Shown in pieces: positions 14,037 through 27,258 of a stretch of DNA of 64,000 bases (positions within the stretch are counted from its first letter, which is position 1; every line of letters begins with the position of its first letter). The position numbers and the translations under genes were made by a program. Under the pieces are notes generated by a model that was not told the DNA's origin, made no database searches, and saw only the letters and a program-made list of their open reading frames with translations. The DNA comes from Eledone cirrhosa (taxonomy: Eukaryota). Location of the stretch: positions 332,444,001 through 332,508,000 of the forward strand of contig OZ024743.1 in assembly GCA_964016885.1 (NCBI GenBank), read 5' to 3'.

Positions 14037-17015
14037 ATTTTCTTTTTATTTGCCACCAGGGCATCCAAAAGTGGGACAAGTACAATGGGGGGAGTTTACA
14101 CAAAAAGGCGAGTAAAGAAAACAAATAACAAATATAAAATTAACAATAAAGTCCTCAATAGGGAGGGGGCGTTTGGGGGGTCGCACACACCCCCGAAAAA
14201 AGTGTGCAACCCCTTCTCCTCAGGAGCACAGAGAGAGGGTGCTCCCTCATTCCTTCCTCTTTTCCACCTACAGGCTGATGTAAAGAGAAGGCCCATGCAC
14301 ACGAACCATTCTCGCCACTTTTACCCACCTTTCATAAAAACGATTGGGGTGGAGCACCTCTCTCTCCATCCTGATCCTTCTTCCGAAATGATATCGGAAG
14401 AAACGGATCAGTTGTTGGCCAGAGAGAAAGGTGCCTGACCTCAGTCCTTTCAGACGCGTCCACCATACAATCTCTTCCACCATGGCTATTACGCACAGAA
14501 ACACCGCCTCTCCTTCATTTTTTAAGGGGGGAGGCGGCTTAATCGTTACAATGGCCTCGGTTGTCAACCGGATCGGTTCCACCCGTGATAGCAGTCGTTC
14601 GACATAGCCCCACAGATCGGCTACGCTCAAGCAGTGTACCAATGCGTGTGCAACGGTTTCCTCGTTGCACACGCATCTGGGACAGATCTTTTTGGCGAGG
14701 TCCCTACCCGGGCGCCCGTGTCTGTAGAGCTTTTCTCGAACGGGTAGAGCCCCTCGGTAGCACTGCCAGGCCAGGGACTTCTGGAAGTTGTCCATAGGTC
14801 CCGGGCTGAATGTCCTACCGAACAGGCTGGCCAGTTCGTCTTCCTCCATGTCTAGGGCTTCTCCGAGGGCGTCGTCGCACCTGCTGCGTACCAGCCCTCT
14901 ATAGAATGTCGCGGTGGAGTCTCCATTGATAACTGGGTCCGCCTGCCAGAGGGCGGTGGGTGCCTGGGCACACTCAGTGTGCCAGGCGCCCAGTTTTCTC
15001 GGTCTTTGCTTGACCCAGGATTGCAGCTCGGTGAGTGAGACGAGTCTGGGAAAGGTTCGTCTCACAAACGAGGCCCACACCGGTTGACCGGTGAGGAATA
15101 TGGAGGTGCCGTAGCCTTAATGCATGTTTACTCATCATTAGCCACGGCATCCCCAGCCCTCCTTTCGAAGGGTGTTGACAGCAGATGGATCTCCTCACCA
15201 AAGGAGCCCGCTTCTTCCAAAGGAATTGGAAAAGTGCGCGCTCCATTTTGTCGAATAGTTTCCCTTGTGCAAGGCACGACGGTCAGGCGGTAGTAGATGA
15301 CGGACGCTATATAGGTGCTCGCCACCTCCGCCCGACCTTTCAGGGACAGTTTGCAACTGGCCCACTTCTGGGACAGTGCAAACACCCTGTTCGTAACCTC
15401 ACCCCAGTTCTTCTCCACCTGGAGGTCTGGTCCGAACCAGACCCTGAGCAACTTCCCCGGGCCCTCCGTCCAGCGTCCGACGACGCCATCGGAGGGCATC
15501 GGTTTGCTCCTCCACGTGCCGAGTTGCAAACCGATCGACTTGTCCCGGTTCAGCTTAGCCCCTGTGAACCTTTCGTACTCCTCCAGTAAGGTGCCGATCG
15601 CCCCGATTTCGGAGGCCGTCGACACCATTACTGTCACGTCATCGGCGTAGGCCGACACCGCTTTCCGCAATCCCGGTTCCAAAGGGATGCCCTGCAACAA
15701 CTCCAACTTCCGCAGTAGTGGCTCGAGAGTCAATACATACAGAAGGGAGGAGAGATGACACCCTTGTCGGAAGGATCGCGCGATTTCGAACGGCTCCGAC
15801 AGGTAGCCGTTCACCTTGACTCTAGAGCAGATGCGGCTGCTGTGCATAGCAGTGATCCAGCCCCTTAAAACGGGTCCGAAGCCTGCCACCGCTAGCACCG
15901 CATCCAGGTAACCATGGTCGACCCTATCGAACGCCTTAGATTGATCCAAGTTGATCAGAGCCCCACCAAAGCCGGGTTCGTTCCCAACCATCTCTATGAT
16001 GTATCGCATGAGGTGGATGTTGTCATGGATGGACCTGGACGGGATAGCACATGTCTGCGCATCTCCCACCATGTTGCCCACGACAAGCGCCAACCCCTTT
16101 GCTAGCACCTTGGCCAAAATCTGTAACTCTGTATTTAGCAGAGTTATGGGCCTGAAGTTACTTATTTCGTCCCCCTTGTTCTCGTCCTTCCTCACTAGCG
16201 TGACTACGCCCTTGGTCACAGCACAGGGAATTCTCCCGTTCTGTTGCCAGTTGCAGTAGACTGCCTCAAGGAGATCGGGGAACAAGTCCGGCATAGCTAG
16301 ATATAGTTCGTATGGAAGACCATCGAGACCCGGAGATTTGCATTTGCCGCATTGGCTCAGCACGTCCTCTATCTCAGCGGCTGAAATCGGCTCCTCGCAG
16401 GACTTCGCCTCCCTGTCCGAGAGACGCGGCAGGCCGTCGAGGTATGGACCGAAGTCCACATCCCCAACCGGCTCCCCGCCCCTTCCGAACAATCGGGCAA
16501 AGTGCCTTTGAAAGGCCTCACACATCTGCTTAGTTTCAAAGATCACCCCTCCATCCTGGTCTCGCAAAGACCGGATGGTGGATTTAGTTCCACTCTTGGC
16601 TTCTGTCACGCGGGCCCAGCTAACAGCTTTGGTCCCCTCGTTCCCTAGAGCACGTATTTTACTTCGGACAACGCAGCCTTCGTGCTTCGCGTCGTAAAAC
16701 TGGCTCAAAGCCGTTCTCGACGCTAGCACTCTGGCCACGTCGCCGCTTCTAATTGCTTCTTCTACTCTATCTATCAGCTCCCTTTCCTTCCTATTCCTAT
16801 CCGCAGCTAGAACCTTACTAAATTCTATCGAGACTAATCTAATCTCTCTCTTTAGAGATACACACCACCTGCTGTTGACGATCGCTCCAGTCAACCGCTC
16901 CTTAACTAACGTACTAATCCGGTCCCTGTAAGCTTTACTTGCCGGTAAGGACAAGTTCAGCTTCCAGTAACCGGGGCCCTGTCTATGCGTTCTATCAAGG
17001 TTGACCATGCAGGTC
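14037..17015 (-). mobile_element. 5'-truncated, frameshifted L1/Tx1-clade non-LTR retrotransposon (ORF2 remnant + 3' UTR)
   Basis: GPGYWKLN post-endonuclease motif; RT motifs KSPGLDG, NFRPITLLN, LDQSKAFDRVDH, RQG, YADD; C-terminal CPRC...ETVAHALVHC zinc finger; ORF split over three frames (15128-17015, 14974-15246, 14268-15080); AATAAA at 3' end. Confidence 0.93.
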
Positions 17016-20000
17016 ACAAACAGGCTGGTTGGTAGACAGGTAGATAGAGAGACAGGCTGGCTGGTAGACAGGTAGATAGACAGACAGGCTGGCTGGTAGA
17101 CAGGTAGATAGAGAGACAGGCTGGCTGGTAGACAGGTAGATAGACAAACAGGCTGGCTGGTAGACAGGTAGATAGACAAACAGGCTGGCTGGTAGACAGG
17201 TAGATAGAGAGACAGGCTGGCTGGTAGACAAGTAGATAGACAAACAGGCTGGCTGGTAGACAGGTAGATAGACAGACAGGCTGGCTGGTAGACAGGTAGA
17301 TAGACAAACAGGCTGGCTGGTAGACAGGCAGAGAGACAGACAGGCTGGCTGGTAGACAGGTAGATAGACAGACAGGCTGGGTGGTAGACAGGCAGAGAGA
17401 CAGACAGGCTGGCTGGTAGACAGGTAGATAGACAAACAGGCTGGCTGGTAGACAGGCAGAGAGACAGACAGGCTGGCTGGTAGACAGACAGAGAGACAGA
17501 CAGGCTGGCTGGTAGACAGGCAGAGAGACAGACAGGCTGGCTGGTAGACAGGCAAAGAGACAAACAGGCTGGCTGGTAGACAGGTAGATAGACAAACAGG
17601 CTGGCTGGTAGACAGGTAGATAGACAAACAGGCTGGCTGGTAGACAGGTAGATAGACAAACAGGCTGGCTGGTAGACAGGTAGATAGACAGACAGGCTGG
17701 CTGGTAGACAGGCAAAGAGACAGACAGGCTGGCTGGTAGACAGGTAGATAGACAGACAGGCTGGCTGGTAGACAGGTAGATAGACAAACAGGCTGGCTGG
17801 TAGACAGGCAGAGAGACAAACAGGCTGGCTGGTAGACAGACAGAGAGACAGACAGGCTGGCTGGTAGACAGGTAGATAGACAGACAGGCTGGCTGGTAGA
17901 CAGGCAAAGAGACAAACAGGCTGGCTGGTAGACAGGCAGAGAGACAGACAGGCTGGCTGGTAGACAGGCAGAGAGACAGACAGGCTGGCTGGTAGACAGG
18001 TAGATAGACAGACAGGCTGGCTGGTAGACAGACAGAGAGACAGACAGGCTGGCTGGTAGACAGGCAGAGAGACAGACAGGCTGGCTGGTAGACAGGTAGA
18101 TAGACAGACAGGCTGGCTGGTAGACAGGTAGATAGACAAACAGGCTGGCTGGTAGACAGGTAGATAGACAAACAGGCTGGCTGGTAGACAGGCAGAGAGA
18201 CAGACAGGCTGGCTGGTAGACAGACAGAGAGACAGACAGGCTGGCTGGTAGACAGACAGAGAGACAGACAGTCTGGCTGGTAGACAGGCAGAGAGACAGA
18301 CAGGCTGGCTGGTAGACAGGTAGATAGACAAACAGGCTGGCTGGTAGACAGGTAGATAAACAAACAGGCTGGCTGGTAGACAGGTAGATAGACAGACAGG
18401 CTGGCTGGTAGACAGGTAGATAGACAGACAGGCTGGCTGGTAGACAGGTAGATAGACAAACAGGCTGGCTGGTAGACAGGCAGTGAGACAGACAGTCTGG
18501 CTGGTAGACAGGCAGAGAGACAGACAGGCTGGCTGGTAGACAGGCAAAGAGACAAACAGGCTGGCTGGTAGACAGGTAGATAGACAAACAGGCTGGCTGG
18601 TAGACAGGCAGAGAGACAGACAGGCTGGCTGGTAGACAGGCAAAGAGACAAACAGGCTGGCTGGTAGACAGGTAGATAGACAAACAGGCTGGCTGGTAGA
18701 CAGGCAGAGAGACAGACAGGCTGGCTGGTAGACAGGCAAAGAGACAAACAGGCTGGCTGGTAGACAGGTAGATAGACAAACAGGCTGGCTGGTAGACAGA
18801 CAGAGAGACAGACAGGCTGGCTGGTAGACAGGCAGAGAGACAGACAGGCTGGCTGGTAGACAGGTAGATAGACAAACAGGCTGGCTGGTAGACAGGCAGA
18901 GAGACAGACAGGCTGGCTGGTAGACAGGCAAAGAGACAAACAGGCTGGCTGGTAGACAGGTAGATAGACAAACAGGCTGGCTGGTAGACAGGCAGAGAGA
19001 TAGACAGGCTGGCTGGTAGACAGGCAAAGAGACAAACAGGCTGGCTGGTAGACAGGTAGATAGACAAACAGGCTGGCTGGTAGACAGACAGAGAGACAGA
19101 CAGGCTGGCTGGTAGACAGGCAGAGAGACAGACAGGCTGGCTGGTAGACAGGCAGAGAGACAGACAGGCTGGCTGGTAGACAGGCAAAGAGACAAACAGG
19201 CTGGCTGGTAGACAGGTAGATAGACAAACAGGCTGGCTGGTAGACAGACAGAGAGACAGACCGGCTGGCTGGTAGACAGGTAGATAGACAAACAGGCTGG
19301 CTGGTAGACAGGCAGAGAGACAGACAGGCTGGCTGGTAGACAGGCAGAGAGACAAACAGGCTGGCTGGTAGACAGGCAGAGAGACAGACAGGCTGGCTGG
19401 TAGACAGGCAAAGAGACGAACAGGCTGGCTGGTAGACAGGTAGATAGACAAACAGGCTGGCTGGTAGACAGACAGAGAGACAGACAGGCTGGCTGGTAGA
19501 CAGGCAGAGAGACAGACAGGCTGGCTGGTAGACAGGTAGATAGACAAACAGGCTGGCTGGTAGACAGGCAGAGAGACAGACAGGCTGGCTGGTAGACAGG
19601 CAAAGAGACAAACAGGCTGGCTGGTAGACAGGTAGATAGACAAACAGGCTGGCTGGTAGACAGGCAGAGAGACAGACAGGCTGGCTGGTAGACAGGCAAA
19701 GAGACAAACAGGCTGGCTGGTAGACAGGTAGATAGACAAACAGGCTGGCTGGTAGACAGACAGAGAGACAGACAGGCTGGCTGGTAGACAGGCAGAGAGA
19801 CAGACAGGCTGGCTGGTAGACAGGCAGAGAGACAGACAGGCTGGCTGGTAGACAGGCAGAGAGACAGACAGGCTGGCTGGTAGACAGGTAGATAGACAAA
19901 CAGGCTGGCTGGTAGACAGGCAGAGAGACAGACAGGCTGGCTGGTAGACAGGTAGATAGACAAACAGGCTGGCTGGTAGACAGGTAGATAGACAGACAGG

Positions 20001-21829
20001 CTGGCTTGTAGACAGGCAGAGAGACAGACAGGCTGGCTGGTAGACAGGTAGATAGACAAACAGGCTGGCTGGTAGACAGGCAGAGAGACAGACAGGCTGG
20101 CTGGTAGACAGGCAAAGAGACAAACAGGCTGGCTGGTAGACAGGTAGATAGACAAACAGGCTGGCTGGTAGACAGGCAGAGAGACAGACAGGCTGGCTGG
20201 TAGACAGGCAAAGAGACAAACAGGCTGGCTGGTAGACAGGTAGATAGACAAACAGGCTGGCTGGTAGACAGGCAGAGAGACAGACAGGCTGGCTGGTAGA
20301 CAGGTAGATAGACAAACAGGCTGGCTGGTAGACAGGCAGAGAGACAGACAGGCTGGCTGGTAGACAGGCAAAGAGACAAACAGGCTGGCTGGTAGACAGG
20401 TAGATAGACAAACAGGCTGGCTGGTAGACAGGTAGATAGACAAACAGGCTGGCTGGTAGACAGGTAGATAGACAAACAGGCTGGCTGGTAGACAGACAGA
20501 GAGACAGACAGGCTGGCTGGTAGACAGGCAGAGAGACAGACAGGCTGGCTGGTAGACAGACAGAGAGACAGACAGGCTGGCTGGTAGACAGGTAGATAGA
20601 CAAACAGGCTGGCTGGTAGACAGGCAGAGAGACAGACAGGCTGGCTGGTAGACAGGCAAAGAGACAAACAGGCTGGCTGGTAGACAGGTAGATAGACAAA
20701 CAGGCTGGCTGGTAGACAGGTAGATAGACAAACAGGCTGGCTGGTAGACAGGCAGAGAGACAGACAGGCTGGCTGGTAGACAGACAGAGAGACAGACAGG
20801 CTGGCTGGTAGACAGGTAGATAGACAAACAGGCTGGCTGGTAGACAGGCAGAGAGACAGACAGGCTGGCTGGTAGACAGGCAAAGAGACAAACAGGCTGG
20901 CTGGTAGACAGGTAGATAGACAAACAGGCTGGCTGGTAGACAGGTAGATAGACAAACAGGCTGGCTGGTAGACAGGCAGAGAGACAGACAGGCTGGCTGG
21001 TAGACAGACAGAGAGACAGACAGGCTGGCTGGTAGACAGGTAGATAGACAAACAGGCTGGCTGGTAGACAGACAGAGAGACAGACAGGCTGGCTGGTAGA
21101 CAGGCAGAGAGACAGACAGGCTGGCTGGTAGACAGGCAAAGAGACAAACAGGCTGGCTGGTAGACAGGTAGATAGACAAACAGGCTGGCTGGTAGACAGG
21201 TAGATAGACAAACAGGCTGGCTGGTAGACACGTAGCTAGACAGAGAATTTGGCTGGTAGACAGGTAGATAGACAAACAGGCTAGCTGGTAGACAGGTAGA
21301 TAGACAGACAGGCTGGCTGGTAGACAGGTAGATAGACAAACAGGCTAGCTGGTAGACAGGCAGAGAGACAGACAGGCTGGCTGGTAGACAGGTAGATAGA
21401 CAGACAGGCTGGCTGGTAGACAAGCTAACAGACAAACAAACATCAGACAAGTTTTGATGTTAGAGAAGTGAGCTATTATTTTACATTACAAGTTGGTGAG
21501 GGTTGTCTATGTGCCTGTGTGTGTATATATATGTGTGTGTGTATATATCTGTATGTGTGTGTGTATGTGTATATGTGTGTGTATGTATGTTTGTTTATGT
21601 GTGTATGTATGTATGTATATATATCTGTGTGTGTATGTGCATATGAGCGTGTATATGGGTATGTGCTTATGTATGTGTATGTGTGTATATGTGTATATGT
21701 ACATGTGTATGCATATGTGTTTGAATGTGTTTATATGTGTGTATATGTGTATATATCTGTGCATGTATGTGTGTATGAGCGTGGGTATGTGCTTGTGTAT
21801 GTGTATATGTATGTATATGTATATATATG

Positions 21830-21986
21830 TATGTGCTTAAGTGTGTAAGTATGTCACTGTGTGTATATGTATATATATATGTGTGCTTCAGTGTGTGAGT
21901 ATGTTTCTGTGTGTGTATATATATAAATATATATATGTGTGTGCTTGAGTGTGTATGTCGCTGTGTGTGTATATATATATATATAT
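21830..21986. repeat. Minisatellite (gtgtgcttgagtgtgtatgtcgctgtgtg + TA run); left half of the PLE-B target site
   Basis: The same unit resumes in the same orientation at ~37470-37630. Confidence 0.75.
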
Positions 21987-22085
21987 GAAGTAATTCCATC
22001 GGAAAAGTCCAGGAAAAAAGAGTGCTCTATGTAAGCAACAGAGCTTAATTATTATTATTATGTAATAAACAACATAAGGCAATTA

Positions 22086-22146
22086 TTCCATTTACCAGTG
22101 GTTTCTTAAAAGCAAAAGGTTTTGCTTTCAATCCTCAGAATGAAAA
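22086..22146 (-). ncRNA. Type I hammerhead ribozyme (PLE-B distal copy)
   Basis: ttcatt-CTGAGGA-ttgaaagcaaaa/ttttgcttttaa-GAAA-cc act gg-TA-aatggaa: all three stems and the core are present; GUA triplet. Confidence 0.85.
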
Positions 22147-22346
22147 ATCCTGGTTTGTTTATTGAATATGGATTCTAAAAACGAAAATGCAATCTATATG
22201 AAAGTGAGGCTGGAAAAGGGAGAAGGAAAGGAAAAATAAAATAAAATAAAACTACACATGCAAACACACACAAAAAAACACAAAAGCATACTTACACACA
22301 CACACATATATACACATATAATTTGCACGCATACACATATACACAT

Positions 22347-22393
<47 letters not shown>

Positions 22394-22447
22394 TAAACAA
22401 ATAATGAATAAAACAATGAAACAGTTCCTTATATTAAACAAAAAAAG

Positions 22448-22599
22448 TTCATTATTTAACGATCGTTTCTAGGATATATATGTGTTAGAATTGGTATGCA
22501 TATTCAACAGATCTATGTACAAAATTATACAGAATTATACAAACTATCAAGATTAAATATACATACCAACATATATACGCCGTCTTCAGAAATAATGAA
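22448..22599 (-). ncRNA. Hammerhead ribozyme with extended stem II (inverted arm of PLE-A)
   Basis: Reverse complement of 33111-33264 with a 2-nt indel in stem II. Confidence 0.8.
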
Positions 22600-23211
22600 A
22601 TATATTTATTGATAATAACAACAATTCAAAATTTCAGGTCCGTTTGGGAACAAAATTGACCAATGAAAATACAAAAGGTTTTATGCAGTTCGGTGTGTGT
22701 ATATACATGTAACTACCCTTACACATATTTTACAAAAATGTATGCTCAACATGTATACGCATACCAAAAGGATGGATGCAAATACAAAATTTCAAGGTTA
22801 ATGTCTCTGTAAGTTTATAATGCACAGATAAGATGCGTATAGACACATAAATATGAAATAAGTGTATACACATATTCTCATACTCACACATATCCGTACA
22901 ATCACACACACGCGCGCGTATATGCATAAACATACACATAATTACGAACATACAAACACACACACACCCCCACTCACATATATATATATGTGGATATCAT
23001 AAGCACATGGATATTAATTCACTCACATAAACACTGCCACACACATTTAGATCAAGATACAGAAATTAGGTGGGAGGGGGGGGAGAGGTCAGTATTCAAC
23101 GGTTTGGGCAGACTGCTTATTATAGATGTATCTATAAACTAAGAAAATAAAAAATAAAAATTAAAAAGGAAAGAAAAGAAAAAGAAAAGAAAAAAGAAAT
23201 ATATCAAGAAA

Positions 23212-23278
<67 letters not shown>

Positions 23279-23382
23279 TATAAACACACACATACATATA
23301 CACACATCCACACTTAGAACATACATACACACACATATATAAACATATACATATACACGCATACACACATATACACACATAC

Positions 23383-23439
<57 letters not shown>

Positions 23440-23744
23440 TACACATATAATCACACATACTATATAGACACACATATATATACACACATACACGCACATA
23501 TACATACACATACATACTTATATACATACAGATATACACATACATACCTATATATACACACAAATACATACATACATACATACATACATACACACAAATA
23601 CTTACGCATCCATATATCGGTATATACATACAAACACCACTACACTCTCACACAACTCAGACATACAAAGAAAAAGGTATATACCTATACACATATACAT
23701 ATACAAATAGAGATACATATACATATATATATATACATATATAT

Positions 23745-23781
<37 letters not shown>

Positions 23782-23971
23782 CACATATACACACATATAC
23801 ATACATACACATACATACATGTACACACACATACATATACATACATACACACATACACACATACATATATAGTCATACACACACATACACCTACACGAAC
23901 ATACACATACACATATATAAAGATATATATACACACACACACATACACACACACACATATATATAAAATAA

Positions 23972-24016
<45 letters not shown>

Positions 24017-24586
24017 CATATACATACACACATACATAGACATATATGTACATACATAGACATACATACATACATATACACACATATATACATATATATA
24101 CACACATAGACACATACATACACACACAACATACATACACACACATATATACTCATACATAGAATTAGATATATATTCATACATACATACGCACTTACAT
24201 ATACTCATATATACAAATACATACGCATCCATATATGCGTATATACATACAAACACCACTACACCCTCACACAACTCAGACATACAAAGAAAAAGGCATA
24301 TACATATACATATATACACACATTAATAGAGATATATATACACACATATATATATATATATATATATACACATACATTTATATATATACACCCACACACA
24401 CATACAACCATAAACACACATACAAACACACACATACACATATATATACACATACATATATATACACACACACAAAAAACAGACATACACATATATATTT
24501 TTTTACACATATATATACACATATATATACATATACACACCCTCACATATACACACATACACATAAGTTATATTATAATAATAATA

Positions 24587-24633
<47 letters not shown>

Positions 24634-24868
24634 CGAATATAGACATATATACACACATAGATATACATATATATATACATATACACACACACACACACTC
24701 ACATATATATGTGCGCACACGTACATATATACACATACACACATATACACGTAAACACATACATGTGCATACATGCACATACACACATATACCCACATAG
24801 ATACGAAGATAGACATATAAATAGAGAGACATACATATATATACACACACATATATACATACATACAT

Positions 24869-24925
<57 letters not shown>

Positions 24926-25754
24926 CACACATACACGCCCACGCACATATACACATATACATATATATATACATACACACATACACATACACATATATAT
25001 ACACACATGCATATATACACATATATATATACATACACACATATATATACACACAATCTTACATTCTTATTTGCATGCGCATATATGTATTTTTATATTC
25101 AGATATAAATACCCAAACATATATACACCTACCTACATATATATTCATACATACACGCTTACAAACACAGATGATAATAGTATGGGGGAAAGGGGGGGGT
25201 TGGAGAAGGGGATTATAGTAAATATATGTTTCAAGAAACATAGAATATTATCTGTATCTGGATCCAATGTATGTTTTTACATAGTTTCAGTGTTAGGAAA
25301 TACAAGAAATAAGGCAAAATTTATGCATTTCAAAATAAATAAGTATACCATTAATTATATGTTAACTAAACTAAAGATAGTTAACATATTGATTTCTAAG
25401 GTGTAAATTAGTTAGGTTTATAATATTTGAAGCAGAATTTTGAAGTTAAATAGTAGTAGAGTATTAATTATAGTATAACTAAATTAAAGTTAATAACGTT
25501 ATGGTATCAATATTAGGAAATGAATTTAGTAATAGGGAAAAAACAAATAAAGTATTACATCGGTAGTAGAATATAAATTATAGGTTAACTAAATTAAAAA
25601 TTATATATTAATTTCTATAGTATATGTTAATTAGGTATATAATAAATAAAACAGATATTGTATTTTATCAATAGCAGAATATAATTATATGCAAATAGAA
25701 ATCAAAATTAATACATATACATATACATATACATACACATATATATATATACAC

Positions 25755-25813
<59 letters not shown>

Positions 25814-26308
25814 TACACATACATATACATACATACATATACATATTTTTTCAAAAATTGCAAAGAATATATTAACTAGGTATACATCCAAAACACATCC
25901 CATTCTATGATTACATGACATTCTGCAATCCGTCTGTATAAGGATACTAATTTTAAGCCAATTAAATTAAATTTTAGGTTGACTAAATTTAAAACCAAAT
26001 TATAAATATATTTCTAAAATGTATATTAATTAGGTCTATAATACTAAAAATTATTTCTCTGTCATTGGATACACGATATTTTGTTATATTTTATCTGTAA
26101 AGGAATTTTAATAAAAGGTTTAAATAAATTAAAATTAATCTATAAATTAAATTACTAAGTATATATTAGTAATATTTAAATGTTTTTCACAATTTATGAT
26201 TACACAATATATTTTATATTCTCATCTGTAATAGAATTTTAATTAAATTAAATTTATAGGTTAACTAACATTTAAATTAAATTAATTTCTAAAATAATGT
26301 TATTAATT

Positions 26309-27258
26309 AGGTTTATAATATTTAAATGTTTTTTTTAGTTTATGATTACACGATATAATTCATTCCTGTCGTTTATTTAATAGGATATCCTTAGATTTCA
26401 TTATTTCAAATAGTTCTTGGGAACATAATCTACATTCATTTCTATTATTTTGATAAGGGGTGGCTCTTTTGAGCACACTCCAGGTCAAATCATATTCTAT
26501 ATTCTTATTTTTATAACTATTGATTTTTTCTGCTAGAGATGTTGTATTAGCCAGTGCGGCATTTTTAAAACTATGCTTGTGGGTATTAAACCTTGTCTTA
26601 AAATTGTTAGAGGTAGCTCCTATATATGAGCAAATAGAATCTTTAGTTTTAACATTACATTTATAGACTATGTTGTTAACAAGACAATTCCCTTTTAATG
26701 GGCAGTTTGCTTTGTTTCTACAGTTACAACCTTTCGTTAATTCTGTATTTGAGGAGATATTATGGTTAATTTGATGTACTGGTGGTATACTTATGGTTTT
26801 CTTACATTTATATGCATTATAGGCACTTATATTTTGTTTTATGTTATTTGTTGTAGAGTATGAGAATTTAACTGTAGACCTATTTAAGATTTGATGGTAT
26901 TTGTGGTTTGGCGGGAAGTTTTTCTCTAGGATATAAAAAAAATTTTTAGCAATATTATCCTTAATTTGTAAATTAAATGGAGCATTATACCAAGTAACCC
27001 GTCTATTACGGTTTCTATGTTGTTTATTATTTTTATTATTTTTATAGGTTGTATCGTGATGTTTACTAGGAGGATTAATGTTAATGATCTCACCACAACC
27101 ATTTTTAGTTATATTTGTAGATTTAGGTGTTTTATCCTTTTTATTAGGAGTTTTATTATTAATATTTATTAGAGTTGTATGATGAGTAGTTTTTTGAGAG
27201 TTACTATATTTTATATTAGAAGATTTGGTATTTTGGGGTATAGTGTGGGTGGCATTTA
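26309..27258 (-). pseudogene. Inverted partial copy of the PLE-A ORF (linker + GIY-YIG endonuclease)
   Basis: Nearly identical protein to the 3' part of 27258-29411, with a TTA>TGA stop after NKRQE. Confidence 0.9.

Larger units (their letters stand above)
9345..21450. repeat. 32-bp satellite built from eight tetranucleotides (ggct ggct ggta gaca ggta gata gaca gaca), interrupted by LINE sequence
   Basis: Direct periodicity. The minus strand of the consensus has no stop in any frame, giving the 32-aa repeat ORFs (3 units = 96 nt). Confidence 0.98.

Noticed and set aside
9329-21450. Very long Cys/Ser/Leu-rich ORFs as real genes
   Set aside because: All three minus-strand frames give the same 32-aa repeat because the 32-bp unit lacks stops; starts within the repeat are non-ATG.
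26355-26365. In-frame TGA as selenocysteine (some Naiad PLEs encode selenoproteins)
   Set aside because: The TGA replaces a Leu codon (TTA in the other arm), not a conserved Cys; no Cys-motif position in the three PLE ORFs reads TGA; no SECIS recognised.
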